A DNA stretch of 64,000 nucleotides, from the NCBI RefSeq assembly GCF_006345805.1, contig NC_043001.1, positions 104,718,001 to 104,782,000 on the forward strand, written 5' to 3'. A model generated the notes under the pieces. It had not been told where the DNA came from. It worked only from the letters and a program-made list of their open reading frames with translations, and made no database searches. The stretch comes from Octopus sinensis. Its lineage: Eukaryota. The translations under genes were made by a program, and so were the position numbers. How positions within the stretch are numbered: position 1 is the first letter of the stretch; the number at the start of each line of letters is the position of its first letter. This document shows positions 25,328-39,009 of this stretch, in pieces.

Positions 25328-26389
25328 CTGAGGTGTATATATCGTACAAGGAAAAGTGTTACTGTCCTCAACGCTTTATATAGATTATTCCTTCCTTTAT
25401 TGTCATAGCGTTACTTTTTTCTTTGATAAAATCTATGTCTGCCTGTTTAATTAACCTTCTTTTCTTTTAATTTTGTCTGTTTATTAACTTTAAAATGTTA
25501 ATTTCTTTGAGCGAGTTTCTCACTGCTCTAGAACGGGAAGTTCTATTGAACTGAATGTAAACACGAAATCGAAAATATATACTATGCCTAAAAATCAGAC
25601 ATTTTCCATCCTCCTCAGCTTATTCGGTAAGACGTCAAACATTCCAAATTCAAACAAAAGAATTCATCCTGCAAAGTTTGGTTAAAAAAATGTTCTGAAA
25701 GAATGATCTAAAAAGATATGCTGAATATTCACAAAGTTTTGCTGGTTGAAAGCATTTCATTTTTTTCTTTTTTTTTTTTTATATTTCACAAACAGAAACT
25801 TTGAAATGTTAGGATGTTTGAACCAATATCTAAAGGAGACAGCGATGATCTGTGTTTTAAGAAGCTTCTTATTTTCCATTTCATGTTTATAATCATTGCA
25901 GCATACATGACCAGTTCTATGACCTCGTTCTTTCATTTCTTTCTCACCGTCGCCAGAAAATATATATCCAAACACACTTACAAATATATATTCACAAAAA
26001 TATATTCTTATAGACACACACAAACACACAAACATATAGTGGAAGAAAGAGACAGAGAATTAGAGGGAGAAACAAACTTAAATATTTGGGACTAGCTGTG
26101 AGAAAAATAAGAATGTAAACGTATTCTTTCTTTGCATTTTGATATGTGGGAAAAGGAACGGATTTCTTTAAACAGCTGTCGAGATTTTACTCTGTAATCT
26201 GTATTTTTTTGTAAGATTAACGGCGATTATTTCCAAGTTGATAGGGATTCGCGCCTACATAGAGGAAGAGGTTAGTGTTTAAGCACCCACCTATGTCAGC
26301 GATATTGTGTTATCTATACAAATCTGATTTTGATCTCACCTACTCACAGAATACATACACACACACACCACACACATATATATATATAT

Positions 26390-26690
26390 CACGTGATCAC
26401 GTGACCGACCAGACCATCAGATGTTGCTACACATCGCTGGTCACAATGCATTCGCATTGCTTTAGCCTTCGAATGACGCCACCCCGCTGGCTAAGCGAGC
26501 AGGCCAACAGAAGAAAGAGTGAGAGAAAGAGTGGTGAAAGAGTACAGCAGGGATCACCACCCCTTGCCGGAGCCTCGTGGAGCTTTAAGGTGTTTTCGCT
26601 CAATAAACACACACAACGCCCGGTCTGGGAATCGAAACCGCGATCCTTCGACCATGAGTTCGCTGCCCTAACCACTAGGCCATTGCGCCT
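26390..26690 (-). mobile_element. tRNA-derived SINE, third family (OR1-like)
   Basis: Minus head gaggcgcaatggcctagtggttagggcagcg...ggtttcgattcccagacc; 5' fragment of the same family at 31993-32122 (plus). Confidence 0.8.
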
Positions 26691-26697
26691 CTCTCTC

Positions 26698-26758
<61 letters not shown>

Positions 26759-26779
26759 ACACACACACACACACACACA

Positions 26780-28408
26780 GAGTTGCGGCCAAAATGTTCA
26801 GAACGGCATTGTTTTCGTCAGAAAAGTAGGTATAATTTTTTATTAAAGTTGTTTTATATTCTATAATTTTCACAGACAATAAATACGATATTAATTGTTA
26901 TTGTCTGAGATTTTGGTGTAATTTGAGAGGATAATACAAAAGTTATGGATGATTTAGAGATTTACTGCAAAACCCATGCCGGCCAAAATGATCAGAACGG
27001 TTGAAAAAATAACAAAATAATCAAAAATGACAGAAAATACTGGAATTATTTAATATTTAGTGTGAAGCCCTTTAGCTTCAATCAAACTTTGACATCTTCG
27101 ACTGCATGAGGAAATTAAATTTTCAATTTCTTGCTGGGTGATCTTATTCCATTCTTCCTGAAGGGCATTCCATAATTGCTCGGTTGTTTTAGGATTTCTG
27201 GCTTTCGAACGTTCTCCTAGAATATCCCACACATTTTCAATAGGATTGAGATCTGGGCTTTGAGCAGGCCAATCCATAACAATAACCTTTTCAGCCTTGA
27301 GGAAGTTCATGACCACTTTAGCCTTGTGACATGGGGCATTGTCCTGCATGAATATGGGTGATCACTTAGTTGAATTTCTCAGCACAGGCAAGGCATGATC
27401 TTTTACAAGTTGTTTATAAACTCCTGCATTTACCTTTCCATGTAATCGCACCAAAGGGCCCACACCATCCCCGGATATCATCCTCCAAACCATGACACTT
27501 CCTCCACCGAATTTAACACTAGTCTTAAGGCATTCAAGCGACAATTTCTCACCTACTTTTCGACGAATGTACCTTTTCCCATCTGAGCCAAATAACATAA
27601 ACTTAGATTCATCACTGAAATGCACCGTTTGCCATTTTTCTTGAGACCACAACACATGTTCGGTTGCAAAGATAAGACGACACTTTTTATTCTTGGAGCT
27701 TATCAGTGGCTTCACTGCAGATGCTCTTGCTTGTAGGTCATGTTCAACTAAACGACGAGACACAGTTTTTCGCGATAAATGTTTCTTCAGTACAATGCTC
27801 ATTTTCCGAAAAACAGCAGCAGCAGTTTTAAATCTGTCCATTTTAACCAACTTTACCATAGCACGATCTTCTCTCTTGGTCGTTTTTCTTGGCCTACCTG
27901 TAGACTTTCTTGCTTCACACGAACCACAATCATCGTAGACCTTAAGAATACCGTGAACAACACTTTTTGACTTGTTAACAATCTTTGCAATAGACCCAAT
28001 ACTTAAATTATCCTTTTTTCGAAGCTTAATAATCTGCTGACGAATTGGTAACGGAGTAAGTGGCATTATATTAACAAAGTACACTGCAGATATTCTTACT
28101 AATGTTTAGTAAACGAACCGTCACGTAAACAAATTCAAAACATTAGGGTTCGCCGGTTAAATATACTAAAACACGGAGTAAAAGCAATCGTTCTGATAAT
28201 TTTGGCCGCCATGGATTTTGCAGTAAATCACTAAATCATCCATACATTTTGTATTATCCTCTCAAATTATACCAACATCTCAGACAATAACAATTAATAT
28301 TGTATTTATTGTCTGTGAAAATTATAGAATTTAAAACAACTTTGATAAAAAATTATACCTACTTTTCTGACGAAAACAATGCCGTTCTGAACATTTTGGC
28401 CGCAACTG
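26780..28408 (-). mobile_element. Tc1-family DNA transposon with ~220-bp IR/DR terminal repeats
   Basis: TIRs 26780-~26999 and ~28189-28408, followed by TA on the right; ggccaaaat.. tcagaacg repeated at both ends of each TIR. Confidence 0.93.
27050..28084 (-). pseudogene. DD34E Tc1 transposase interrupted by a single in-frame TGA (27364-27362)
   Basis: GRPRK, FSDESKF, QDNAPCH-(34)-E in SPDLNPIENVW; the two ORFs are in the same frame (NSTK*SPIFMQD). Confidence 0.93.
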
Positions 28409-28465
28409 TATATATATGTGTAGAAGGTTTAAAATGAACACACTAGTTGATATATATATATATAT

Positions 28466-29290
28466 CCTACAAGGCAGTATGTTGGGCCCACCCCTCTTCA
28501 TTATTTACATCAACGACATAGTAGATATCATCAAACATTCTACATTGAAAATCTTTGCAGATGATTCCAAACTCCAGAAGCCATAAACGGCATGAGAGAC
28601 CAAACATGCCTTCAGTCAGATCTGTTTGTTATTCTTGAATGGGTGGAAAAACAAAACAATATGCTTTTAAATGAAGAAAAGTTTGATTTGATCCACTTTA
28701 GGAAAGAGGAATCTCTGAAATTACCTTATGCTCTTCCCTCGGACGACTCCCTAGTGTCATGCAACAACACCAGAGATCTTGGAGTAATTGTTGATAACAA
28801 CTAAGCTGGAGTTCCCACGTAAACAGCAAGGTTGACTTGGCCCGCAAGATGTGCTCCTGGATTCTGAAAACTTTCCTGTCCAGAGATGCCTACACCATCA
28901 TCCTTCTCTACTCTAGTTTTACTCGACCCTACCTTGAGTACTGTTGTCCACTGCAGTTCCCCCCTCCATACGAAGCAACTTATAATGAAAGTAGAAGCAC
29001 TCTAGCGGTCCATAACGTGAAAGATAGATGGCATGATAGGCATTGTTTACTGGGTCGACTGAAAAAACTCAATCTCTACTCTCTACAACGCCGCTGGGTG
29101 CGCTACATCATTTGTGTTATGTGGAAAACATTCCATCAATATTGCACAAATGATGTTGGCATCAATTTTAAAATCCATCCAAGACATTGCCTCCGTGCTA
29201 TCCGGACACTACAAAGATCGAACACGGTACACATAGCAACTTTACCTCACAATTACTTTACCTCAACCGGTCCAGCTCTCTTTAATACGA
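28466..29290 (+). mobile_element. CR1/L2-group LINE RT C-terminal relic
   Basis: QGSMLGPPLFIIYINDI...KIFADDSKL, RDLGVIVDN, RPYLEYC, LNLYSLQRR. Confidence 0.85.
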
Positions 29291-29699
29291 TATGTATACA
29301 TACATATATAAATATACATATAAAAACACACACACTCACACACACATATATATATATGTAAATAAATACATATATATAAATATATATATATATATATGTA
29401 AATAAATACATATATATAAATATATGTGTATATACATATATAAATATATGTGTATATACATATATAAATATATGTGTATATACATATATAATATATGTGT
29501 ATATAATATATAAATATATGTGTATATACATATATAATATATTGTATATACATATATAAAAAATGTGTATATACATATATAAATATATGTGTATATACAT
29601 ATATAAATATGTGTATTACATATATAAATATATATTATATACATATATAAATATATATGTATATATATATAAATATATATGTATATATATATATATATA

Positions 29700-29758
<59 letters not shown>

Positions 29759-30219
29759 AATGTACACACACATACACATTATATATATCTATATATATAT
29801 ATATATATATATGTATAATACACCCAGGCATATAGGAAATACATCACTAATATATAAAACTAGCGGCACTTTAGATGTCCATGAAGTGTAAATGTTTTCA
29901 TTGAACTGGGAATTTCTCGCAAGTAATTACGACTGAATAAACAAAGTCATTTTCTTTATGTTTGCTCTACAAGGGAAGAAATCGATCGAACGCGTGTATT
30001 GTTTTGCGCATGCAATCAATCGGGTATTTGCTAATCTCGCGCTGCTGCTGATGAATATGCTAAGTTCTAAGACGGACAAAAATCATTAATGTTTCGTTGG
30101 TAACGTGAGTTACAGTTGCCAAGTAATATCTTAGTTTGTAACTAAGGCACGCGTCTACTATTGTCGCAGTCCTCATGACAAGAATCTTCATTATCATTAT
30201 TATAATTACTATTATTATA

Positions 30220-31030
30220 AAGGCCACGATCTGGCAGAACTTTTAGCACACCTGACCAAAATTCTTAGCGACCTTTCGTCCGTTTTTACCTTCTGAAACT
30301 CTCCCACAAAATTCCAGGCCTTGTGTCAAATTATTAAGTCGTTAGCACACCGGGTGAAATGCTTAGCGGTATTTCGTCTGCCGTTACGTTCCGAGTTCCC
30401 CTCTATGTTTAGTCCCTTGTGGGCAATAAAGAAATAGGCATTTCGTCTGCCGTTACGTTCTGAGTTCAAATTCCGCCGAGGTCGACTTTGCCTTTCATCC
30501 TTTCGGGGTCGATAAATTAAGTACCAGTTACGCACTGGGGTCTATGTAATCGACTTAATCCATTTGTCTGTACTTGTTTGTCCCCTCTATGTTTAGTTCC
30601 TTGTGGGCAATAAAGAAATAGGTATTTCGTCTGCCGTTACGTTCCGAGTTCAAATTCTGCCGAAGTCGACTTTGCTTTTCATCCTATCGGGGTCGATAGA
30701 TTAAGTACTAGTTGAGTACTAGGGTCGATGTAATCAACTAGTCCCCTCCCCACAAATTTCAGGCCTTGTGCCTATTGTAGAAATGATTATTATCATTATT
30801 AAGGCGGCGAGTTGGCACGCCGAGCAAAATGCTTGACGGTATTTCACTCGTCTTTACATTCTGAGTTCAAATTCCGTCAAGGTCGACTTTGCTTTTCATC
30901 CTTTCGGGGTCGATAAACTAAGTATCAGTGAAACACTGGGGTCGATATAATCGACAGGTCCCCTTCCCCCAAATTTTAGGCCTTGTACCTATAATAGAAA
31001 GGATTATTATTATTATTATTATTATTATTA
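30220..31030 (+). mobile_element. Tandem cluster of Nin-domain-like SINEs in (ATT)n
   Basis: Heads at ~30220, ~30340 and ~30800, repeated cores, (ATT)n tail. Confidence 0.8.
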
Positions 31031-31424
31031 TAATCATCTCAATTTTTCCCCATGTACAGTTTCGCACCGTTACATTTGTTAATTTTCACTTGTTTGCATA
31101 ACATTCATTGTTAATTTTTTTTTTTGTTTCAAACTATAAATGAGGCGCCATACATTGCCCACCAAAAAAGGCGACCCCATAATATTGGGGCCTAGGGTCC
31201 AAGTATTACAATTCCATTTTCAAATTACGCCTATAGAAGTTCTAATAAAATATGGAGGCGAATTCTCCCTCCCTTTCAGAGAACACAGGAGTGAAAAACA
31301 AAAATCCAAACGAAAAAACATGCAAATTTCTGTCGATAACAGCAAAGAATCAAAGGTGAATGACGCCAACGCCACCACCAAACATCACCAGTGTAACCAC
31401 TATCACGACTATAGACTAAAAACG

Positions 31425-31660
31425 ATTTATTTCTTTATTGCCCACAAGGGGCTAAACATAGAGGGGACAAACAGGGACAGACAAAGGGATTAAGTCGATT
31501 ATATCGACTCCAGTGCGTAACTGGTACTTAATTTATCGACTCCGAAAGGATGAAAGGCAAACTCGACCTCGGCGGGATTTGAACTCAGAACGTAACGGCA
31601 GACGAAATACCCGAAAGCATTTTGCCCGGCGCGCTAACGCTTCTGCCAGCTCGCCGCCTT
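31425..31660 (-). mobile_element. Nin-domain-like SINE
   Basis: Family match. Confidence 0.8.
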
Positions 31661-32770
31661 AGACTATACAAAAACGATGGTCGTCTGCAACAACAATCCA
31701 ACGGCCGGCAGCAAATCAGCAAGGGAAAAGTATGAGACAGTTTTCCCGCCTCTGAAAGTTTCAACACCTCCATCACAAGTGCAACAGGGTTAAATAATGA
31801 GAACAACAAGCAATGATAATACTAAGAAGAACACTGTCTCCTCCGCTGCCGGCACCAACATGGCTAACACTGCAACAACAAATGTAATAAAAGGAAAACA
31901 ACGAAAGTAGCAGTGGCACGGACAACACAAATGGCAACAACAACAACAACAACAACAACGATAAGAGTAACAACGACAGCAGCAACTGAGTGGAGGCACA
32001 ATGGCCCGGTGGTTAGGGAAGCGGACTCGCGGTCGTAAGAACACGGTTTCGATTCCCAGACCGGGCATTGTGAGTGTTTATTGAGCAAAAACACCTGAGC
32101 TCCACGAGGCTCCGGCGGGGGGTTGTGAAGAAGAAGAAGAAGAGCAGCAACTGACACAATCATTTTCGGTTTGAGAGGGAAATTCATTGGTATTTTTATG
32201 GACAGTGTTTCTGTCGGAGGTGGTATAAGAGAAGAATTTCGCTTAAACAACCATAAGGAACGCATCACTCAAAACTGCAATCGTTTGCTGAGTGCGATGA
32301 CGGAAACTTGTGTGTAGAGATCAGTTTCGTCTTTTGCAGACGTAACTAACAACATACGAATTTTGGACATGGAACATGTTGACATAAGCAATAGAATATG
32401 ACAAACTGATGCGATAAGAACAAGTGTTTTTCTAACCGAAGCTGTCACATAGATTCACTAATGAAGGAAGGGTGCCGTGGGGTAACCTAGCTCATAAGTA
32501 CACCCTTCTTTATGGATGATTTGCCCTATCTGGTTTCCATGTCTATAAATTATATCTTTTAATTATTGTACATTTTATACAATTTATATTCTACGCCCTA
32601 TAAACTTTTATTAACATATCTAAATGAAATGCGGTAACGCTGACATTTCACCGCTACCATAGAAACCAACATTTTTGTTTCTTTAAGTATAAATTTGAAA
32701 ACTAAATCAACGGAGTGGAGTTCCAGCAAATGAAATATCCAAGCATTTAAATACACAAGATTATATTGAC

Positions 32771-33131
32771 TTGGTGCATAATTATTGCGGCTTTTTTTTC
32801 AACAAATTTTATTCAACAAAAACATGTGACAAAAACGTCTTTTATTCAACAGAAACAGTAATATTTAACAAAAACATCTTTAAATGACCGTCTGATCGTC
32901 TGCCAAGCAAATGCGACGCAATAATTGAAGGTGAATATGCTCCTGAATAATCATTTAAATACATCTTTGTCACATTAAATGATTATTCAGGAGTATATTC
33001 ACCTTCAATTATTGCGTCGCATTTGCTTGGCAGACGATCAGACGGTCATTTAAAGATGTTTTTGTTAAATGTTACTGTTTCTGTTGAATAAAATTTGTTG
33101 AAAAAAAATAGCCGCAATAATTATGCACCAA
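32771..33131. mobile_element. Mariner-type fold-back MITE (almost wholly palindromic)
   Basis: Arms 32771-32958 and 32975-33131; ends ttggtgcataattattgcgg resemble the Hsmar1/MADE1 TIR. Confidence 0.8.
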
Positions 33132-33139
33132 TGATATTC

Positions 33140-34560
33140 TCGCAGCTAAAAAGTGTTAGCAAATCGGTACTCAGGAATGAAGACCTGGATGCAACTCAGC
33201 CCTCCTAAAGTATAAGGAGTTAAGGGCCAAAACATTTGCTGTTCAGTTCTCTTGAGAGTTTCTTACCATTTGTTTCAGCTTGTTATTCCTTAGAAACCAA
33301 CAATCTTCCTTCTCAGTTTTGAGTTCTATTCTGAAATTTATCGTTCTCTACCACTTCGTTGTTCAGTAGTTGCAGGGGCTTTTTCTTTTCATCATCATTT
33401 TAAAATGACATTCTGCAGAACCATTTCAGCGTAGCTTTTAATGTTTTTAGAACATCTGTCATTATTCCTCCCACATTTCACCTCAGCCTCTTTTTACTTT
33501 TACTGGTTTCCCTGAAGATAATAGGGTTTTATGTTCGGGTTTTGTTGCTATCAATAAGAGTTTACCATTATTCTCTATTAAATATTTTCGTAGTCCAACA
33601 ATAATTATTTTATATTAATTTTCTTATTAATAACCCCGTTTTCGTGGGTAAATATAATCTTCCAATGTCGTATATTGATTGGCGTGTTTTAGCACTTATT
33701 TGTTTTTGTTTCCCTGTCTAGTCTAGCTAATTAACGTAGTGGTTGATAATATAACTTATTACTGTGATGGTCCGAGATTTGATGTCTTATTTTTTCCTTT
33801 TCATTTCGCTCTGTTTTAAGAATTAATCTAATGCGTCTACAATATCCTTTCCCAATCTTCCTTGTATTCAAGTCTATTGTCTAGTTTATTAATACCTGAG
33901 TATTTGTTTGTCTGTGTTTGTTCTAATTCTCTTATCTTATTTCTATTTCTTGATCTAACATGACATTCGTGTTTCTAATTAATTTTCCTTTCTCCTTGAT
34001 TGACTTGGCGCAGTTTTCTAACCTAGATTTCGTTCTAGAAATAAAATCTATGTATTGTTCATGGCTGTATTTACTGTTGTTTACCATCTGCGGCATAAAT
34101 TTTGAGGTCATACTCGTACAAAAGGAGGTTGATTGTCTTCCCACCATAATTGTATCCGAATCCAGACTTCTTTAAAATATTGGGTAAAGGTGTTAGAATC
34201 AAGCAGGAGAGAGAGAGAGAGAGAGAGAGAGAAAAAAAGAAAGAGAGAGATAGAGAGAGAAAGAAAGGAGACGTCTCTGAATACTTCTTTTGTAATATAG
34301 ATGTTTTTATAATCCCCATTATTGTTCGTATGTGCCGTATTATTTGCCTGTTTGCTACTGGTTTGTTCAACGTACCTGTTTATTATTGGTGCGACCTTAC
34401 TTATGGATAATGTCCCCAAGACCCGTGGATAAAGAATTCTGTTATAAGCCTTAATAGTTAATCCTGTCTTTAAGCTGTTTTTAAAATTAGTATTTGGGCT
34501 TTAAAACGTGCGCATTTTTCGCATCACTTTTGTTCTGGAAGTGAACTGTTTTCCTAGAAG
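33140..34560 (-). mobile_element. Decayed Dong/R4-like non-LTR retrotransposon RT region
   Basis: PLPNILKKSGFGYNYGGKTINLLLYEYDLKIYA (cf. INHLLYMDDLKLYA), LENCAK..KGKL, NKYSGI, RRIRLILKTE; boundaries approximate. Confidence 0.7.
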
Positions 34561-34590
34561 TTATTTAATCTATGCAATAATATCGTAGTT

Positions 34591-34990
34591 AAGGCGGCGA
34601 GCTGGCAGAAACGTTAGCACGCCGGGCGAAATGCTTAGCGGTATTTCGCCTGCCGCTACGTTCTGAGTTCAAATTCCGCCGAGGTCGACTTTGTCTTTCA
34701 TCCTTTCGGGGTCGATTATATAAGAACCAGTTACACACTGGGGTCGATATAATCGACTTAATCCGTTTGACTGTCCTTGTTTGTCCTCTCTGTGTTTAGC
34801 CCCTTGTGGGTAGTAAAGAAATAGGTATTTCGTCTGGCGCTACGTTTGAGTTCAAATTCCGCCGAGGTCGACTTTGCCTTTCACTCTTTCGGGGTCGATA
34901 AATTCAGTACCAGCTGCGTACTGGAGTCGATCCAATCGACTGGCCCACTCCCCCAATATTTCGGGCCTTGTGCCTAGAGTACAAAAGAAT
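34591..34990 (+). mobile_element. Nin-domain-like SINE, two internal modules
   Basis: Family match. Confidence 0.85.
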
Positions 34991-36015
34991 ATATTCATTA
35001 GACTTGCTAAGAAGCAACGTTTCACCAAATTCATGTATTCCACACAGAGAATTCTTTAAATGTTTACGCCAGTCTTTCAGTTAGAATCGTTGCTATTTCA
35101 TCGATGCCAAAGGATATATTTCGGAGTAACAAAGAAGCATTCTCTTTATTAAAACCTCCCCGGCGTTACTACCCCATCTTTTTAGGATCTGCTCACAACC
35201 TGTAAATTATGTTAAGCCATTGTTAATTTTGTCTTATTACGATTATGTTATCAACGATATTTCCTTATACAAGATTTTTTGAGAAGTTGATCAGGAGTAG
35301 AGGGAAATGATTTCTTACTTTACAGCGACCGAATTTAATTAAACGTTTAGGAAATTGTAGCAAAAAAGTTTCTCTGAAAAACAAATCGCGATACATGATG
35401 TCGAAAATAACAGACAACGAGTAGAATGTGTGGGCGGAGGTATATGAAGAGAGGAGGAGGAGTGAAGACCTCCTCTGTTCGTTAAGGTTAACAGCATCAA
35501 CACTACCACAATCCTCATCACCCAGGGGCCCACAAGCCGAAGAAGCAGTGCCATATTTGATACAGAAACAAAGAAATCCTTCCAGCCACCAGCATCGAAA
35601 ACTGGAATCATTTTCTACGTTAGCAGACAAACAGTTGACTGAATCTAACCTCACCCACCACCGCCAATAACATAGGGGCTTTACGCGGTTGTTCATCGAG
35701 TCAGAAATAGCAGCTAAATAGCCCCCAACTTATATCGCATCCTAAGAATAGAAAGACACGCTAGACGTTTTCTTGTTTATGCAAAGGAGATAGAATGGTC
35801 ACGGATGGAACCTCATTCGTTACAGGTCTACTGATTCAGAGTGCATCTAAGATTACAACAATACCATTATTACAACTACCTCACCAGGCATCACCGCATC
35901 ACCAAAACATGTACAAATCCACCTCCTCCTCCTCCATCTAATAACAATGCTTTACCAAAAGAAATAATTACATATAGAGATCATTTGGCAAAATCACGTC
36001 AAGTCCAATGCCAAA

Positions 36016-36386
36016 TCTCTCTATATGTAAAGCTGAAGTTGTCTGTGTATGGCAGGTTTGGTAGCCTTCAACTAACACTATCTCCTCCGAGACCCTGCGG
36101 TGCAAGTTGACCAAAATTGAGAGTATGATAGAAGAAGGCTTGCCCTTCAAATCGAACCATGTTAACACCAAAATTTATTTACATCAAAAAGGTGCTTTTT
36201 TTCTATGAAAATCCCTATTTTTTACGATTTTTTGACTGCTGTGTCGCCATTTTTTTGTATATTTCAACCAGAAAAATGTTCACTTAAAGAGAATAACAAG
36301 CTACATAATGCAAAATTTTTACTTTTCAAAAATTCCAATTCTAAAGGGTTGAAACAAACCCGAGCAATGCCGGGCGATACTGCTAG
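36016..36386 (+). mobile_element. Non-autonomous Helitron-like element
   Basis: 5' TC.., subterminal hairpin cccg-agcaatgc-cggg, ends CTAG before T; second copy at 37535. Confidence 0.7.
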
Positions 36387-37065
36387 TTCCTCGATAAATG
36401 TGAAAATTTAATGATGGTTCGTGCATAATTTCTCTCCCAAAAGAGGAACTAAATCACATAATCTGATCTGAATTGACCACAGCCTCAAAAAAGCCAAGCT
36501 TATTAACCAAGTCATGTACGATGCATCTCAAAAGATACAGTTTATTCTGGATATCGATGGCAGGAATCATAGGTTTGTAGTATAGGATCTAAGCAGGAAT
36601 TAAAATTACCCATACTCAAACTACTGGCTGGAGAAGGCAATTTTAATTAAACTGCTACTGAAGAACCACATACATCTGCCTGAAATCGGATAGCAAGCGC
36701 CCATTGTCAATCAAAAATTGAAATGCAGTAGTGTAGCCACATCACGTTTTGCCAACAAGTAAACGGGTTTTTGCTAACAGGCAAAGACATTCTCATCACA
36801 AGGAAGTCGACTGCTCTGCTTTTATTAATAGAATCTCCGAATTAGCTAATTCTCCTAACCCACAAGACTGACTTCTCTGCTGTTTCTTTACTAAGAATAG
36901 ATCATTAATTCTGCTTCGATTGTTTACTTGACTTACTGTCATGAATATATGTATATATATGTAGTAAATCCCCCAAAAACGAAGAGCAAACACAAGAAAA
37001 CAACAATGCGAGGATGTGCTACATGTAAAGTATTAGCAGACGCTCAAGGAAAGAAAAAAAAGATG

Positions 37066-37100
37066 GTTTAACGTTTCAAGCAACGCTCGTCTTCAGAAAC
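37066..37100 (-). ncRNA. Minimal hammerhead motif (family B, canonical core)
   Basis: GTTT-CTGAAGA-C-GAGC-GTT-GCTT-GAAAC-GTT-AAAC. Confidence 0.7.
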
Positions 37101-37355
37101 TGAAGAAAGTCCAATAGAAAAAGAAATCGCCAACGATTCACATGTGGGTTACATTTTGAAGCACGCTGCTTCAAGAAGGCCACTGCTGGTTGTCATTGTG
37201 CACGCAATCGTGTGCTGCCATCTGTTGGTGCGCTACAGAACTACTCCGGGAACCTTTGGATACCACTTCATGTATGTATGCATACGATACACTATCTGAG
37301 TCCTTATATTTTTGAATAGGGAACCCAGCATCCCAACCTAGCATAAAACAACATC

Positions 37356-37394
37356 TGTGGACTAGTTTCAGGGTTATTGCTCTTTATCAACACA
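37356..37394 (-). ncRNA. Minimal hammerhead motif with U3-A8 core
   Basis: TGTG-TTGATAA-AGAG-CAATAAC-CCT-GAAAC-TA-GTC-CACA. Confidence 0.6.
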
Positions 37395-37534
37395 AAGCTT
37401 AGCCAGTTAGAAACGATGTTTCTTGGGGGCTAATGAACAATAACAACATCCCTTCCAGGACATCCATTTTATGTTGACAATTAGCTTTTACTTTAAAGAA
37501 CTGTTACTGAATGTCTTTTTGAGAGAATTAGATA

Positions 37535-37927
37535 TCTCTATATATATAAAGCTGAAGTTGTCTGTGTGTGGCAGGTTTGGTAGCCTTCAACTAACACTAT
37601 CTCCTCCAAGACCCTGCGGCGCAAGTTGATCAAAATTGAGAGTATGATAGAAGGCTTGCTCTTCCTTCCGTAGAAGAAAAAATTCAAATCGGACCATGTT
37701 AACAACAAAAATTATTTACATCAAAAAGGTGCTTTTTTTTTCTATGAAAATCCCTATTTTTTTACGATTTTATTGACTGCTGTGTCGCCATTTCTCGGTG
37801 TATTTCAACCAGAAAAACGTTCACTTAAAGAGAATAACAAGCTACATAATGCATAAGTTTTACTTTTCAAAAATTCCAATTCTAAAGGGTCGAAAGAAAC
37901 CCGAGCAACGCCGGGCGATACTGCAAG
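37535..37927 (+). mobile_element. Non-autonomous Helitron-like element, copy of 36016-36386
   Basis: End-to-end similarity; 3' CTAG mutated to CAAG. Confidence 0.7.
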
Positions 37928-38464
37928 TGTAATATATATATATATATATATATAATTACTATATCTGACAGCTAATACTATTATTGGTGAACCAAGTAGG
38001 AAACTATTAAAACTCATATATAAAGATAAGACTGGAGTTAAAATGTAAGGAGAAAATTACTATTAAAATATGTCTGTCAATTCAATGAACTTTCAAAATT
38101 GTAAGCTCGTCCGTAATTTTAAAGTGTTAGAAATGATCCGATTATAAAAGGTGTGACTTTATGGATTATAGACTTTAGTAGTTAAGGTGAGTTAAGGTGA
38201 AGGAATTAGTGACACTATAAAATTAGGAGGTTATTGTGAGTGATACGTATTTGGAGAAAGTATAAAAACCACAAGAATCTTGTATGGATTAACTGGAATA
38301 AAAACGAATTAGGTGAAAATGTGAGAGATTAATAAATTATGGTTTTAACAGAGCAAGAACTGTGAGGGAGTTCTGGCTCCATAATTACGAAGGCAAATTA
38401 GATTATGTAGGAGTGTTTGTGACAAGCTGTTATATAGCTACCTTTTAATTTTTATATTTTCATC

Positions 38465-38835
38465 CTTTTACTTGTTTCACTCATTGGACAGTGGCCATGC
38501 TGGAGCACCGCCTTGAAAGGTTTCCGTTGAACTGATCGAACCCTGGTTTTAGTTTTTAAAGACTGATACTTATTTTGTCGGTCATTTTTGCCGAGTTGCT
38601 AAGTTTCAGGGAGGTAAACCAGTTGGTGAGGGGGACAACGACAAGCACAATGGCACAACACACACACACATGATGGGCTTTCACACAGCTTCCGAATACC
38701 AAATTCACTTCGCTAGACATTGGTCACCTCGGGGCTATAAACAGAAGACAATTACCCAAGACGCTGTGCTGTGGGACTGAACCAAAAACCATGTGGTTGC
38801 CAAAAGAGTTGCCTAACCACACGGCTGCGCCTGCG
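38465..38835 (-). mobile_element. Diverged CORE-type SINE
   Basis: Family match on minus. Confidence 0.7.
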
Positions 38836-39009
38836 CCAATGATTTACATAAAGTTTCCTCATTCCATTTCCAAACAACTTCCGCTCACTGTCTCTCCTCT
38901 GTTTAGCTTTCTGTCTTTCTGCTCTTTTTAAAAAATTTCCTGTCCTTCTAACGTGAATTAGCATTCCAATAAGATCTGAAGAATTTACCGCGGAATGAAA
39001 CAGATTTGT

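Noticed and set aside
27362-27364. In-frame TGA as selenocysteine or programmed readthrough
   Set aside because: Variable non-Cys position and no SECIS recognised; a nonsense mutation is simpler
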